A stretch of 64,000 nucleotides of DNA from a virus, in the IMG/VR virus record IMGVR_UViG_3300017743_000004, positions 4,621 through 68,620 of that record; one strand, given 5' to 3'. A program made the translations under genes and the position numbers. Shown piece by piece: positions 63,419 to 64,000 of this stretch (position 1 is the first letter of the stretch; each line of letters opens with the position of its first letter). The notes below the pieces were generated by a model. It saw only the letters and a program-made list of their open reading frames with translations. It was not told the DNA's origin and did no database searches.

Positions 63419-64000
63419 AAAAGATATAACTAAAGAACGTATTGTATACAAGCCGTTCGAATATCAAGAAGCAGCAGACTATTGGCTTAAACAGCAACAA
63501 GCACATTGGCTTCATACTGAAGTTCCTATGATGTCTGATATAAATGATTGGAAACAAAATCTAACAGACACAGAAAAAAATATTGTGGGTTCTATCCTCA
63601 AAGGGTTTGCCCAAACTGAAACAGTTGTAAACGATTATTGGTCAGGATTAGTAACAAAATGGTTTAGAAAACCTGAAATTATTATGATGGCTACAACTTT
63701 CGGTGCATTTGAAACCATTCACGCCGAAGCATATTCACTACTAAATGAAGAACTTGGTCTTGATAATTTCGCTGAATTTATGGAGGATGAGGCTACGATG
63801 GCAAAAATTGAAAACCTTATGTCTATTAGGGATAGTTTCAATGGTGAAAAAGATTGGCATGAGATTGCTAAATCACTTGCGATTTTCTCTGCGTTCACCG
63901 AAGGAGTTAATTTATTTTCTTCGTTTGCGGTACTTTTATCTTTCAAGATGCGAAACAAACTTAAGGGAGTGGGTCAAATTGTTGAATGGTCTATTAGAGA
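63411..64000 (+). CDS. nrdB: ribonucleotide reductase class I beta subunit (truncated by window end)
   Basis: Not in track: MSKKDITKERIVYKPFEY...HWLHTEVPM.SD..DW...FAQTE...ETIHAEAY...EGVNLFSSF. Confidence 0.92.
   Translation, partial: MSKKDITKERIVYKPFEYQEAADYWLKQQQAHWLHTEVPMMSDINDWKQNLTDTEKNIVGSILKGFAQTETVVNDYWSGLVTKWFRKPEIIMMATTFGAFETIHAEAYSLLNEELGLDNFAEFMEDEATMAKIENLMSIRDSFNGEKDWHEIAKSLAIFSAFTEGVNLFSSFAVLLSFKMRNKLKGVGQIVEWSIR

Noticed and set aside
1277-63958. All minus-strand ORFs in the track (e.g. 28361..28789, 29941..30339, 50087..50647)
   Set aside because: They lie antisense to well-supported + strand genes, have no recognisable motifs, and show shadow-frame composition.
1-64000. 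Stop-codon reassignment
   Set aside because: Core genes are full length in the standard code, and TAA, TGA and TAG all end genes at tight junctions.

Overview
A 64 kb, AT-rich, gene-dense segment of a large tailed dsDNA phage with T4-like (myovirus) architecture. All credible genes are on the + strand and use the standard code. Order: baseplate/tail genes (1-3.5 kb); GIY-YIG nuclease, primase, exonuclease; a 15 kb block of modular proteins that look like capsid-internal cargo (5.6-21 kb); terminase, portal, prohead protease, scaffold, major capsid; an amidinotransferase-family + pyruvoyl-decarboxylase + PhoH trio; tail fibre, neck, sheath, tube, chaperone, tape measure, baseplate; then replication genes (mini-PolA, gp32-like SSB, RecA/UvsX, 5'-3' exonuclease, helicase, nrdB). 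Several sequence signals point to a Bacteroidota host (inference). Most notable: (1) capsid-cargo polyproteins whose modules are separated by [LIV]-x-E prohead-protease sites and that share N-terminal leaders; (2) an [ST]-[GAS]-S tripeptide concentrated in outer virion surfaces, a possible modification sequon; (3) an ArgZ-like arginine dihydrolase plus soluble PSD-fold decarboxylase right after the capsid gene; (4) a +1/-2 frameshift in the tail chaperone; (5) a late-promoter motif that is the reverse complement of the T4 late promoter; (6) a short PolA with a substituted steric gate. All family calls come from motif recognition by eye; no database searches were run.
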